A stretch of 63,065 nt of DNA, the filler included, from Choristocarpus tenellus KU-1152 (Eukaryota; Protista; Phaeophyceae): the NCBI GenBank assembly GCA_964200185.2. It is 13 parts of 13 records of this genome, joined end to end, with 100 filler letters (N's around TTAATTAATTAA, not from the genome) between each part and the next. Parts side by side here need not be neighbours in the genome. Positions count along the whole stretch, not along the records: positions 13,593 to 17,138 come from CAXNAD020019341.1; positions 17,239 to 23,895 come from CAXNAD020007637.1; positions 23,996 to 28,028 come from CAXNAD020016573.1; 10 more parts are not named here. The stretch is one strand, 5' to 3'. The notes under the pieces were generated by a model. The model had not been told where the DNA came from. It did no database searches and saw only the letters and a list, made by a program, of their open reading frames with translations. Made by a program: the position numbers and the translations under genes. The number at the start of each line of letters is the position of its first letter. Within the stretch, counting starts at the first letter, position 1. Positions 13,593-27,000 of the stretch are shown here, in pieces.

Positions 13593-14230
13593 TCCGCTAA
13601 TAAACATATATCCATACCACACAAAGCAAAATACTCTACTTGAGTAGTTCTCTTTTGCTTAGACGTTGCCCTCACTTTGACCTCAAGTTCACTCTGCACT
13701 AAGTGTGCCTGACACACAACTAAATGCAATATATTCAGAGTAAAAATATCCACGAAACCCTTCTTAACAAGGTGACAAACCTCTACACAGAGGATGAATC
13801 TCTTCCTTTGAACGTATCAAGGAATACCTTCCATCGCCGTACCAGATAACCTCTCACTGCACAAAGCATGTCTAGGTTCATCTGCATGAATTCACCAGCG
13901 CTTCATTGTACTATGAAACCCCTTCACCACAACTAACCTGCCACTGTACAAGAGCACAAGTCATTCAATCCCAGGTTTCAGCAGGTCATGAGCCACAACA
14001 TCTTCAACAACACAGAAGATCTTGTCTCTTTCTTAGCAACTACCATCGTTCTCTCACCTTCACCATTCAAGATAACACTACTCCAGCACCATGGAAAGCA
14101 CACACTGAAACCACCCATGTTCTCTGGTGATGAATCCTCATGGAATAATGTCCTTTGTGGGAACCTTGAGCTCGGGATCACCATGTTCTGGTTCAGAGCA
14201 GCTCCCACCCATCCATCACCAAAACCCCCA
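13593..14230 (-). mobile_element. Degraded Copia protease / GAG-pre-integrase remnant
   Basis: DGWVGAALNQNMVIPS (protease-like W..DSGA..HM) and downstream GAG-pre-integrase-like WxRIH...CxxC residues; 13750-13980 is homologous to 16560-16790. Confidence 0.5.
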
Positions 14231-14404
14231 CTACCACCTCCATATCTACCTGTGACGAACACAATGACCAGCTGTTCAGCATACTCCTTGCCACCTGCTG
14301 CGAATCTGCCCAAGACCTTCTACATGGACTACAGCACCGCGACGAAAGCAACCTCAAAAACAGCCTCTCTGCTGGGAATGCCCTTACAACCAAGTATGAG
14401 GCGG

Positions 14405-14585
14405 GCTCAAAGTACCTGGGGGGGGCGGTGGCTGTCCATTTGGTGACAATTTATTAATGTTGCGATTTTGGGGTGGTTTGGTTGCATACGTTGAATGGAT
14501 AATGCAAGTGACTTTTCCTGGTTATGGCCCAAATGAACACCCTGGTGCAACCCCCCCACTCCCCACCCTTCAAATACTTTGGGTC
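14405..14585 (+). mobile_element. MITE family 2 inserted in Copia gag
   Basis: Imperfect TIRs CTCAAAGTACCTGGGGG / CCCTTCAAATACTTTGGG; flanked by GCGG on both sides; removal restores the gag frame; homologues at 54049-54246 and 34768-34835. Confidence 0.8.
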
Positions 14586-15418
14586 GCGGCCACTGAGAAA
14601 CGAATGAGCACTGTCCATCGCCGGTTTGAACAGTGCAGGATGGAACCTAGCGAGGATCCTGATCTGTGGCTCCTTCGACTTTACCTGGCCAAGGCTGAAC
14701 TTCAAGGATTTGGCGAGATTATCAGCGACTTCCGCCTGCGGGCGGCCCTCTTCTCTGACCGATGTTCTTCGGAGCCAAGTACGCTTCCACTCTGCCAAAG
14801 CCCGCCCGTGCCACCACTGCCACCAGCCTGGCCACCATCCGCACCAATGCCCCCATCGCCACATCACCCCCACTCAACCATCTCCATCAAATACACCCCC
14901 TACAACCCCCTGCAACTCCCGCGTCAGTCACCACCCACAAAACCAACACATCTATCAATACATCTGCTCCGCCCAACGGGTGGGGCCAGGATTCCAATGG
15001 CCACTATTCCTACAGTTCCAACATCATTCACAAAAGCAATCTAGCCTGAAGACACTGTCACTTCCACTCACCTTTCCAACCTTCCACGTTCTAAACACCA
15101 ACCTACCCAAAATCCTCTGGCCTGAAACCATTGCCACCCTCATTCACCTCCCTAACCTCCAACATTCCAAACACCACCGACATTCCCAAACGTGCTCTGG
15201 CCTGAAACCATTCCCACCCCCACTCACCTTACCAACCTTCCACACTCTGAACACCACCGACATTCCCAAAATACACCAACGCCAGCCCCACCATCACAAT
15301 CACCAAACTCAGGTCCACCTTAACCCAACCCATATTGATCATCAATGTCCACCTCAGTCAACTACGTTTCCAACACCGTCAACCAACCATTACCTTTAGT
15401 CCCCATTCAGACCGCCAC

Positions 15419-15580
15419 AACCATACCTTGTGCCTCTACTCATAGCAACACAACTATACCTTAAGCCTCTACTCAGAGCAACACAACCATACCTCGAGCC
15501 TCACTCAGAGAAACATAAACATACCTTAAGACTCTACTCAGACCACCATAACCGTTACCCTAAGCCTCTCCTCAGAGCAA
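15419..15580. repeat. About 33-bp degenerate tandem repeat (ACCATACCTTAAGCCTCTACTCAGAGCAACACA), 5 copies
   Basis: Visible units inside the deleted Copia element. Confidence 0.8.
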
Positions 15581-16529
15581 TTTTCCCCACACTTCACCGT
15601 AAGACTCAATTTAGAGTCTCCGTACCACAAACTCTTCTTAGAGCACCTTTTTCATTCTCTTCACGTACCCAGTAACAGCTACTACACTCCTTCCATTCCG
15701 TACCCGACCATAGCATCCTCATCGACTCACAAGCCCCCCGTTCCTGGCACTAACCCTCCACCAAACTATGACCACCCTTCGCCTCACCCTCAGTGATGCT
15801 GATCCCTGTGACTGCACCAGAGGGGAGCCTGGCCATATTCCGTTCATGTATGCAGATGACATGGACATCACTAGCTGCAACTCCACCCTCCAGGATCAAC
15901 TTGCTGACGCTTTGAGCAAGTACTTATCACGATTACGCTTCGAAGACCTTCGATCTCGCCTTCTTTCGAACCAACAGGAAGTGTTCTTTTGAATTTCGCT
16001 AGAATTGATTTATGTTCCAGACATAATCCATATCATATTATATTATTTTGCCCTCTAACATTTCATATCCATGATTATTTTTTCTTCCATGTCTTCCAGA
16101 TTATTTTCTCTTGAATTAATTTCTTTTTCTTTACCATTCTGTCATTTTTTGTTTGTGGCGCACGTCGCACTTCTTTCAGTTGGGAGAGTATAAAAACATG
16201 GGATACTTATCTTTGTCTGCTTGATATCATACAGCATTACCAGTTCATACTGAATGTTGATTCCCATATTAGCACTGGTCGTTACTCACATTTCCATTAT
16301 ATTTAACTCATGATAGGATCATCAATTACGATGGTGGATAGGAAGGATGGAACAGTCGACATCTATCAAACATACACGCATAGTATGTTATCATGTGGGT
16401 TATCCCAGATATTGATTCAAGTTTGTTTCTTTGCTTTTGATCTTCACATCACAACCATCAGTTGTGTCTCATATGTTGATTATTATTTTTTCTCTGTTTA
16501 GACTAACTCTACATAGCTGTACCTAACAA

Positions 16530-16800
16530 TCAACGCAATCCCACATATTCAGTTAAAAATCTACAAAACCCTTCTTCACAAAGGTGACAAGCCTCTACAA
16601 AGCATAAGTCTCCTCCTTTAATTTTACTAATACCCTTCTTCGCTGTATCAGATAACCCCTGACAGTGCAGCATGTCACTAGATTCATCAGCATCAATTCG
16701 CCAGTGCTTCATTACGCTATGACACCTCTTCACCACAACCAACCAGTCACTGTCCAAGAGAACGGTTCGTCCAATCCCAGGTTTCAACAGTATACCCTCA
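16530..16800 (-). mobile_element. Copia GAG-pre-integrase fragment
   Basis: KHWRIDA...CFVEACHL; nucleotide homology with 13750-13980. Confidence 0.5.
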
Positions 16801-16829
16801 GCTCCCTCCAGATGACCGTTATGTGAGCG

Positions 16830-17138
16830 AACAGGAACTTCACCAGGCCCTGATGGGATGCACCCCAGGCATATCCAATCAGCCATTAATACAGATGTCA
16901 GCCACAAGGAGGCGGCAGAGGCGTTTTCCAGGCTATGGAAACTTGGCTGCACCTGCCCAGACTCTTTACCTCCGGCTTTTTGGAAGCTCCATACCATTTC
17001 TAGACTATCAGCAATCGGGAAGAAGTGCCGCCCAGTCACCTGTGGCGTTTTATTCAGGAGGGAATGCACTCCAGCCTTCAGTGCAGACTGGCACCCTTAC
17101 CTCAAGCAACACTAGGAGGTATCAGACAGAGTGCGTTA
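16830..17138 (+). mobile_element. Non-LTR retrotransposon RT N-terminal fragment (CRE/R2-type)
   Basis: GTSPGPDGMHPRHIQ...LPPAFWKLHTISRLSAIGKKCRPVTCGVLFRR matches the PGPDG...RPI.VGE.LRR motifs of restriction-like-endonuclease LINE RTs. Confidence 0.7.
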
Positions 17139-17459
17139 NNNNNNNNNNNNNNNNNNNNNNNNNNNNNNNNNNNNNNNNNNNNTTAATTAATTAANNNNNN
17201 NNNNNNNNNNNNNNNNNNNNNNNNNNNNNNNNNNNNNNTCCCACAGAATCATATTTTACACATGAATAAAAAGCATATTCTTAACAACAACAACAATAAT
17301 AATAATCATAATCATCGACTGACACAAGGAGTTTATTAGAACAGAATATTCAAGTACAATGAGCTATGGGATGTGTGGAATTAGGGTTAGGGTAGGAGAG
17401 AGCGGAAGTGTAATTATTGGACTGGTAGATATGGGACACTGACCTCTCTTGGAGTCCCT

Positions 17460-20322
17460 TCATCCTCTTCTTCTTTTGCCGCTCAGCAAATTGTCGCTTT
17501 CGAATGGTGGATGGGTGTTCCCATTGCCATCAAATCGGGGTGCGTTTTTGACGTTGGACAGTTCGAACGGTGGGGGTGGTGAGGTGGAGGTCAGGCTAGA
17601 TGACAAGTAGCACGGTCGGGGTGATATTTGAGAAGTCTTGATAAGTTTTTCAAGACGTGAGGGGAAGAGAGATGGTCATCATCTTAAACAAAGCAACAGT
17701 TGTCAAACCAAGGACAACTCTACTCTCCAACCGCCTGCTGCAGTGAGCAAATGTTCAAGACCTTTTCCTGATAGCCTCGTCCTCCTCCTCCACCTCCACC
17801 TCCACCTCCACCTCCACCTCAACATCCTCTATCTCTGCACAAGTTGGCATTGCACACATGATGTTGTTAATGAGCACAATGATTGCGTTTAGTAATACTA
17901 CTTTCCTTTACTTGATACACACTAATTCATTCCACTAGACAGCATTTCACTTTCATGATGTGCACACAAAGCATCGCTGCAGTGCACCATACTGATACTT
18001 GAATTTTTTTTTGCTTCAACAGCAAGCTGATCCAGATAAATACCCCCGTCCAACACTCCTAGTTTGTGATATACACTTGTAGTTGCTCACGCCTTTATGG
18101 GTGGAAGGATATGTTCTTGGCAATTGGCACGGGAACAATCGATTGAGGTGGGTGTGCTTATTTGGGCAAACGTGAACTGTGTTTGGACTGGAGCATGCAG
18201 AGGCCTTGTAACAGGGTAAATCTGTACTGTCTGGGGATATATGTAAAGCCAAAAAATCCACCAGAGTACCTAGGAAATGCTGGAAACTGCTTTCTGGTGA
18301 TATTGTTCATAATCAGGCCAAAATTGAGTGCAGAGGTTAATCTACAAAACAACTTTTCGATGAAGATGATGATAATATTACCAACATGTGATGACTTGTC
18401 ATTAGGATTAACTCCTTCCCCAATTTATTCCCTTTCTATTTTGGCATGGCAATTCACATATTGCTAAATGTCTCCATCCCCTGCTGTACATGTCACTCTC
18501 CTCTGAAAAGTTCAATATTGGAATCTGTCATATTATCTAGCCGGAACCAATTCAGGCCATCTTGCTAGCATGGTTCTCCACGTTCAGAGAGGAGAAGTTG
18601 TGTGTCAGCATCTCAAACCGCCTGGAGCTTAGTGTTTAGGATGAAGTGCTGGTGCCATGCAATGTGCTTGCAGTTTGCAACAGACATGCGAAAGTCTCCT
18701 TATGTCCTATGTTGTATTCCGGAATGTGTACTCTGGAATTGTGCGAAATAATTCGATGCATTGACCAAAACATTAAAATGTTTTTACACATATTTGCAAA
18801 GAGGGTCAGAGTAGTTAATTTTCGGAAGTACTTACTGGGATAATTTCGAACCCGGATTAATTTCTTTTGGCACGTTGTTCAAACACCGTCCCACAGACAA
18901 CGAGTTGGAGAGGGGGTCTGCGAAAACAGTCTACTCACAATTACACAGAGCGTTTTGATGTAGGAGATGAGCATAATCCACCTTCGCAGGTTGCCTGAAT
19001 TGCGTAAGTACAAACGTTCATACACTAGCGCGGCAAAATTCTCATCTCGTAAAGTGATAAAATGTCGAGCCTCTCTGTTGGCCATGCCCCTCGAGAACAT
19101 GGCATGGTATTGCCTGATATTGTGAGAAATCACGGCCGTATCTCTTCTGCTCAGATATGGGTTGGGTTCAAAAGTATTGGGAGAGCTTGTGGTTAGACGT
19201 CGATCTAGAGGAAGGAACTGAGAGAAGAAAGAAGGTAAGCAAGTTAGGTTGTCTGATGTTTTTGACTTTCCTTCTTGTGTTTGGTACTAAATCCTGTCTT
19301 CACACCAAGTCCGTTCACGGAAAAAGACAGAAGCGCTTGAAAAGAGAGGAAAGAGTTTCTGTCAGCTATAGGATGGTTGTGACGAAAATTTCCCTGTCAA
19401 GTGGTGTAGAGCTCTACCATGAACGGGTATTGAGAGTTCTTGCACAGTGCTTTCTCACTTTACCTTTCTCACCCCAGCTCATATCTTGACTCTAGGACTA
19501 AACCCTATTAAGAGGAGGAGAAGTGAGGCCCATTCGAGAATACCACAATATACAAAGCAAAGGAAGCTCCAATTTCTTGGCAGTCGAAGCCCTCGAGTAC
19601 AGACTCACACTCTGCACCCAGCCTTCCACTACAGTACACCACTACATACCATCTTGCTTCACCACCATCTATTCCTTCAGCATTATCTCCACATCCCTGA
19701 ACTTGAAAAATGATTTGAACATGAACTAGTTCGCACCTCTGAGAAAGAAAATTGGCCTTCCTTAACAGCATGTGGTGTCTTCTCCTCCGGTTGCAGTAAG
19801 CTGTACCAGCTGTCTGCAACCGATTCTCCTTAATAAAGTTGTGGTTATTGGGATTACACTTCTTATCTTGATTCTGTGCCTCTCGCCTGTTTCACATTGC
19901 ATCCAGCCCAGTCAGAATTATAGTAGGTACAAAAAGTAATGATTTAATTCTGAGAAGTGGATATCCTACTCCGTAGGGTATTTGATTGCATATAAGCGTG
20001 GGTGTGCGGTAATGTGAGCATTTATTTCCCCCAGCAATGCATACTCCACCAAGGATATGGACAAATTGGACCTGCGTGAGCGCAGAATCCACTCGGCCTT
20101 ATGAATCGTTTCACCAACCCCGCCATCCAACTTCAGTTGCCGCACACGATCTTCAATCTTCCTCACAAGATTCACTGAGCCCTGTCGTGGAGAATTAGAT
20201 TTGTCTTTGCTGAAAGTCACTTCGGTCGATTGTACAGGCGGTAATTGAAGGAAAGGTATGGCTTCCCAAGCATATCGAGGGGACTTGCCGCAAGTTGATA
20301 CCCTCATGCAAGGTATCGGCAT
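17460..20322 (-). CDS. Putative multi-exon hypothetical gene divergent from the kinesin
   Basis: Several open, splice-bounded segments (about 20322-20070, 19885-19735, 19215-18985, 17835-17760), but phases could not be fully reconciled and no domain was recognised. Confidence 0.3.
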
Positions 20323-20568
20323 GAGTGAATGACTTGAACTTAGAATGTTAATAATTTACCCTTACATCGGCTAATATAGGTTGTTGCAACTATTTCTTGG
20401 AGGCAAAAGACAACGCCGTATTGTACTCAACACAGATGACGATCGACTTATGGTGAAACCCCAGAAAAACGCATGAAACGGATAGGGGATAGGGATAATG
20501 CATAATTAATAAATGATTGCATTACCTGTGAAGCTCCTATCACTTGTCTTCCAGAGGCAACTGTGGGA

Positions 20569-23500
20569 ATGGGACGTGGCAATGATCCAATCTCCAATAA
20601 AGTTGAAGGGATCAAAGTTTTCGTCCGAGTTCGCCCTCTCGTCTTAGAGGAGAAAGATAATTCAAAGGAGGTGGAGAATACTGCTCTGTTTTGTGTTTTC
20701 TGCCCATATTGAGTAAAACTAATATGTCCCAAGAGGCCGACAAGGGTGCGCTTTATCACAACCGTTACCACTCAAAGCTAACTGCTTCGTCTCCCTCACC
20801 AATACAGGTTGTGGACACTAGTGAAGGGGGCACATGCATCTCAGTCAGGCATCCACAAGATCCCCAAAAATCACTGAAGTGTGCATACGACCGTGTTTTT
20901 GGTCCAACCTCTACCCAGGAAGATGTGTTCTCCGCTCTTGTGCCAACTCTGGACACTGTCCTTCAAGGATTCAACGCCTGTGTTCTGGCGTATGGACAAA
21001 CAGGGGCGGGAAAGACGCATACTTTACTTGGTGAGAACCTTCTCGCCCCTTGTTGTTCCCTATCCTACCCGAAGGTGTTCGATAGGCAGCATCGGCAGTC
21101 GACAGTTCAATATAGCTGAATGAATAACACATGTATGTTTCGGGAGTAGTTCATGAACCGGAGGAATTGATTACAGAAAGTGTATGTTCTAACTTAAATC
21201 TGTTCAGCACTCTCCAAGTCTAAAGAACTTACGCAAGAAATACCTACACTATAGTGGTTATATATATGTAATGGCCGACTGCTCCTATCATGCTGTTTCA
21301 ATGTCTATGTCCCTTCTAACATATACACTTTTGATAACAGGACCAAGGGGTGGAACAAATCTTCCTAAGGACAAGAATGAGTGGGGGGTTGTCCCAAGGG
21401 CGGTGCGACTCCTATTTGATGGCCTGTCTGCAGCATCAAAGAGTGACAGCACCCTCACTTACTCTGTCACATGCTCCTTCCTACAAATCTACAATGAAGG
21501 TCTAGTTGACCTTCTTCAAGCAGATGGTGGTGAGGGAAAATCACTAAGGATTCGGGAAGAGACCACCAGCACCAATGAGGGATGCAGAGCAAGCAGGCGG
21601 AGGTGGAAAAATAGCTGCTTAGGTTCCCTCCGCCAGGGTGGAAGGGGACGAGTGTACATCAACGGACTTTCATCATTCCGGGTGGGAGGAACCGAAGATG
21701 TCCTGAAGTACCTTGACATAGGTTATGCTAATCGTCGAGTGCGTACCACTCAGTACAATGAGGTGAGCAGCCGCAGTCATGCTGTACTTCAGCTGGCAGT
21801 TGAGGTGGAATGTGGGTCAGGAGATGGAACACATGTAACATATCGGCATGCCAAGCTCAACCTTGTGGACCTGGCAGGGTCCGAGAAGATGGACACATCT
21901 ATGTCTATATCACGAGCCCATTTGAATGAGCTTCGGAGCATCAATCAGAGTCTCTCTGCCCTGGGCAACGTTGTTGCTGCGCTTGCCGACCACAACAGGG
22001 CTCATATCCCATATCGAGATTCCAAGCTCACCAGACTTCTGCAAGACTCACTTGGGGGCAACACTCGAACAACAATTATTGCCTGTGTGGCATCTTCTTC
22101 CCAGCAAATTAATGAGACGATTTCTACCCTGAATTTTGCAGATCGTGCCAAACAGGTATTTATTGAAGATGATGTACCTTGCGTAAGGTACCACTGTTAT
22201 CTGTATCCAAACTCACTTGCACTATGAACTGGAGCGTCTAATAAACACTTCTTTTTAGAGAAATGCCAGTGCAGACAGGTTCATCATCCTCTTTCTGGTT
22301 AAGTCTCTGACTACCTTTAGGGGCTTACCGTCAGCCTTATTTTCCATCATCAGTGTATGTATCGTGTGTTTGTTTGTTGCTGATTTTTTCCTAGTCACTT
22401 ACCTCATGGCACACCTATGATCACTTCAATACTGAGCAGGTCATGGTTCGCTTGAGACCAAACGAGGTGGTAGATGACCGGGTTCTCCTAGCCAAGGCCC
22501 GGGCAGAAATTGCCCGTCTCAAGCGACTCCTTAAACAAGCACTGGAGAAGGTGATGATTGCAGACGAAACAGAGGGTGGCAGCTGCATTAAGCCTACCTC
22601 TGTCTCATGTACCCCCAATACCATCCCTAGCAATCAGATTAGTCAACAAAATGAAGCAGGTGGATTGGCAGCAGAGGAACCAGGAGAGAGAGCTGCTGGC
22701 ACAATGGGTGCCAAAGACCCAGGTGAAGAGACTACAGGTACTACTACTGCGCTTAGAATGCAGGTAGCGATGTTGATATCGGAGAATGAGAAGCTCAGAG
22801 AAACAAATGATCGACTGAGGAGCGACATTCACCGCCTTGTGACCGAGGAAAGGCAAAGAAAATTCAGGTTACGTCGGCGACGTCGGCGGTCTCGTACTGA
22901 AGAGTCCCTCCACTTAACCTCCGGCAACCCTGGGCACAGCAGTTGCGAGTCTTTTAGGGTCAAGCTAGGGGAGAAGCAACAGCGAGAAGTAGAGGGCCCT
23001 AAGCAAGTCAGAACCACTCCCCCAAAGCTTAAATTTTGCAGACGCCAATTTACTGGGGATGATGGTGATGAGGGTATTGCTGTGGAAGAGGAAGGTTCAC
23101 CATTCTCACCACAAGAGTTGGAGACCATCCTTGGTCATGGGGCAGGGAGGGAGGAAAGTGGAAGACAAGGGATAGAGGGGTGTGTGTGTGAAGGATGGGG
23201 GCAGAGGCCCAGATGGGAACTTGACTTGGAGGGGGAGACAGCTGCAATCCAGCGTCTGAAGGAACTGAAGACTGAGTTGGAGGCCGGGCAGGACGGGAGG
23301 GATGGTGAGGTGAAAGAGGGGCTCGAAGACTTGCAACAAGCAGAGGACCGCATGTTTGCTGTTCTTTGTGAGGAAAAACGTAGGCTAAGGGAGGAAAGGG
23401 GTCGTCTGGTTGCTGCCCGCAAGGAGAGGGAGACCTTGGAGAAACAGCTGACTGAACTTCTTCAGTCATCTTCACTGATGTCAAATGTAGTGGGAGGGGC

Positions 23501-23895
23501 AGAGGATGAATGGCAGGGGGAAAACGGATCTCAGTTTTTGACAGGTGGTGGCACAATGGATCAGGGTGGAAGCTGTGAGGAGGGGCACAAATCAGTGGGG
23601 ACAAAATCACCGAATCAAAGAGCGATAGAGGAGAGGCTCAACGCCACAGAGACTAAAGAAATCTGCACAGTGGCTCAAGTGTTAGAGAACTGTTCACCAC
23701 CGCCGCCTTCAAATGGAATGCCAATACAACATGTTTGGGGTGTAACACAAGAAGCACAAGTTAGGACCCAGGCCAAAGGGAGCGGTGAAGAACTAGGGGA
23801 AGATGCTTCAACAGTCCATGCACCCCCAGTTCAATCCTCAAACCCCTCCCTGCCGACGTCCCCACAACAACGGGTGCCTACACTTGGACCCACCA
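20569..23895 (+). CDS. Kinesin with N-terminal motor and coiled-coil stalk; exons 20569-20670, 20808-21030, 21341-22155, 22440->23895; 3' truncated
   Basis: IKVFVRVRP, P-loop AYGQTGAGKT, LQIYNE, switch I NEVSSRSH, switch II LVDLAGSE, HIPYRDSKLTRLLQDSLGGN; in-phase GT-AG introns. The true start may be further upstream. Confidence 0.95.
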
Positions 23896-24040
23896 NNNNN
23901 NNNNNNNNNNNNNNNNNNNNNNNNNNNNNNNNNNNNNNNTTAATTAATTAANNNNNNNNNNNNNNNNNNNNNNNNNNNNNNNNNNNNNNNNNNNNGAATG
24001 CGTTTTTTATAATTATATCCTTGCGTGGATCCCGAACCCC

Positions 24041-27000
24041 TTACAACAGCAACATCCCCGAAGACCTCCTTCGCTTAATGGGGGGGGATCGACAGTATGC
24101 ATCGACCTCTTCTTCGACACCAACCTCTCCACTTGCTGAAGAACCGTCATCGCTCTCATCATCCTGGACTGATTCCACTTTACGTGTCTCGATCGTCCGA
24201 CGCCTTTTGGGTGGCAACTGCATTTCTTCCATGTCGGAGTCGATAGCATCCCACCCTACAGGAGCGAATACGAGGTCATCTTCCGAATCACTCTCGGCAA
24301 GAACTGGAAGAGGGGAGGTGCTGACACCCTCGGGCGCGTCCAGATTGCTGCAAAGTCCCCTGTCCTTTTGTTGTGCACTGTTAGCATCTGGCCACCACTT
24401 GCGACATAGTTTTGCCAGATCGTGTGCAAAGCCTTCCTCCTTCTCAGGGTCACGTTTCCCCTGCAGCATGGCAAATGCGTGGACCGCCCCCCCTGGGTTC
24501 AGAATCAGAGATGATAAGCCATCGTTGAACGAACTACTCAGCTTGGCCCATGCATCGTCGGTGTGATGGACCACAGAAGTGGTGTTCCCTAGCGTGATGA
24601 CATCGCAGGTGGCACGCCTAGAATCTGGAGCGGTTTGCAGAACGGATGTCAGGAGTGGAGAGCGAATGAGTATTTTGTGTGTGTCTTCGTGGGGGTTAGG
24701 GGAACTTATAAAATTTTGCATTCGTGTTAAAACACGTACAAGGGTCCTTAAGCTGAACTCGTTACTTATTTTAGTGCGGGAAGTGAGGAACATGCACATA
24801 GAACATGCACATATAGGGCAGTGTAAACGAGTTTTGAGCTTCTCTTGCACGAAATCGCTATGGTTATCTTTGACTTTTTGAGATGTCAGGGGGGTGGGAA
24901 ACAGACGAGAATCGTGCATGTGTCAGTGCAATCTGCAAAGAAAGAAAGGGAATGGGTTCTATAACATTATCCATTCGTAGAAATGGTAGACTAGCTTGCG
25001 TGTCAATACACTATGACACTCTTGACTAAACCCATTTCAGGTCTGACGATACTTCTTCGCAATCAGAGGATTAAATGCATTGATGCTCAATCGCTGCTCC
25101 ATTTATCATTTCATGAAACCTTTGTTTCGAGTTGCTTGACCTCACCTCCTAGTCCTTTGGGGAGGGCAATACCCTCGGAGCCTTCTACAATCTTCAGGAA
25201 GATGTCACCTTTTTCAACACCTTTCATCATCAATCTCCTTCCAACCTTTGAATCACAGGGGTGGGGTGTACGCTTCAAGTAAGAACGGGTTCGTTAGAGC
25301 GCAGACGTCAATTAAGTTGGTACCAGAGTCTGTATAAGTCCTACCTAATACGCGTACGGGTAGTATAAGATTTCGAAAGGATGCACTCAGGCGAGAAAGT
25401 CGAGAGTGTAAAAAACGTCAACACATGGTACTAATTACCTCCTCCGATAGGATGTATGGTTCTTTCGCAGCCTCCTCCGTAGATGGAGGGTTGGAATTCC
25501 CTGCCACAGTGGGGTAGATTCCGAGCTCATCTTGGAGCTTGAGTTCCTTCATCTTTAGCACTGCCACCTCCAGAACAGCCTTCTCGATGAAGACCTCCTT
25601 CATGTGCATTCTCTTGGTGAATGCAATTTTCTGTTTTTCACTAGAGAAGGGGAGTTGGTCCGCCTTACCCTCGGAGGGACTGGCCCCCTTCATAGTTCCT
25701 TCGTGCACATTATTGTTCCCTTTCGGGGAAGGTTTCTTGATCTTAGTGGTGTGCTCCTTCTTGGGACGGACACCCTTCAGTGTTCTCCAGAACTGAAGGA
25801 GGCGAATTGCATATGGAGTGGCGAGGGACAGAAGTAGGAAATTGTGGGCATTTTATTCCTCATTCTAATACTTTGCCGTATAATCAGGTACTGTTGTGGA
25901 GTGCAGAATGTGATATCTATCTCGTAAAAGTGCGATTAGCAGTGTGCACGAATGCGTACTCGTTCTACATTCTCGGTATACTTTGGGGGTGTAAGGAACG
26001 CTGAGCACAACCGATCACACCAATAAAGGACACCAAAATTCATTCTGTTGTGTCGTATCATTGCTTTGTTTTGACAACATGCGCTTTGAAGATATCTTAC
26101 ACCAAGAGTCAGATTTAAAATCTTGATGTTAAAACAAACAACTCTCTGTGCGTAGTATGTTGTGAGAATTTCGGTTTTTGTGCATGTGCTGTGGATGATG
26201 CAGTGGGGAGAGCTGTGATCGGTGCGGGGATAGTCATCTGTATATAGGGTCTATGAACAATCCTTGCAGTTTCGGGGCTTACCCATTCTTCCGGAAAGTT
26301 TTCTTTCCCGGACACGTAGGACAGGGAGAGCAGTTCAGTTGGCAACTTTTCCGCCGCCTTCTCCGCGAACATAGCAACGGCTGCCTCAACGACATCATTC
26401 CACTTATGGCCTCGCGGTGTGTCCTCTCCGAGGATGCCAGGGTCTTTGGCAACCAATAGGTCTGTGCACATTCTTGCAAAGTATTGCATCCTGGTCTGCA
26501 TCTGGAGCTACGCACAGGGAGGGACGAGGATAATGTCTTCGCGGATGGTGGCGTCACGATACGATGCGAGGCACACAGAATACAAAGGTAAAGAGGGCAG
26601 CGAGAGTCGCCACCAAGTGTGAGATCAACATGGAACCTTTGTTGTAAACATGCTAATGGCACTATGTACGGAATGGACAAGATCGAGGGACACGCCAATT
26701 TCAAACATTTGAGAGGAGATGGGTCTACAACAGAGATTTGCAGTCAGTGGACACGCCTTTTTGATTTCCTCCTGTCAGAATGGATGATACCTTGTGGTAC
26801 CATTAGGATCATATCTGTTCGATGATGGGGGCCGATCGTGCTTCGGAAACAAACCTTGCTCTACATGAGGTCTCTGGTGGAAAATAGACGGAATCAATCT
26901 GGAAAGCGCAGTGTGTGCCCTGAACGTAACAATTTCTTCGATCGAAAAGATGTATGAATAAAATATTTGTCGCCCTACTTCATCTATACAAATAGCTTTT

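Larger units (their letters stand above)
14250..16528 (+). mobile_element. Internally deleted Copia element: gag with CCHC knuckle, RT fragment, PPT, 3' LTR
   Basis: gag NALTTKYEA|ATEKRMSTVHRRFEQCRMEPSEDPDLWLLRL..AELQGFGEIISD; knuckle CHHCHQPGHHPHQC; RT SDADPC..MYADDM; terminal LSRLRFEDLRSRLL; GGGAGAG tract near 16182 and LTR-like end CCTAACA at 16528. Confidence 0.75.
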
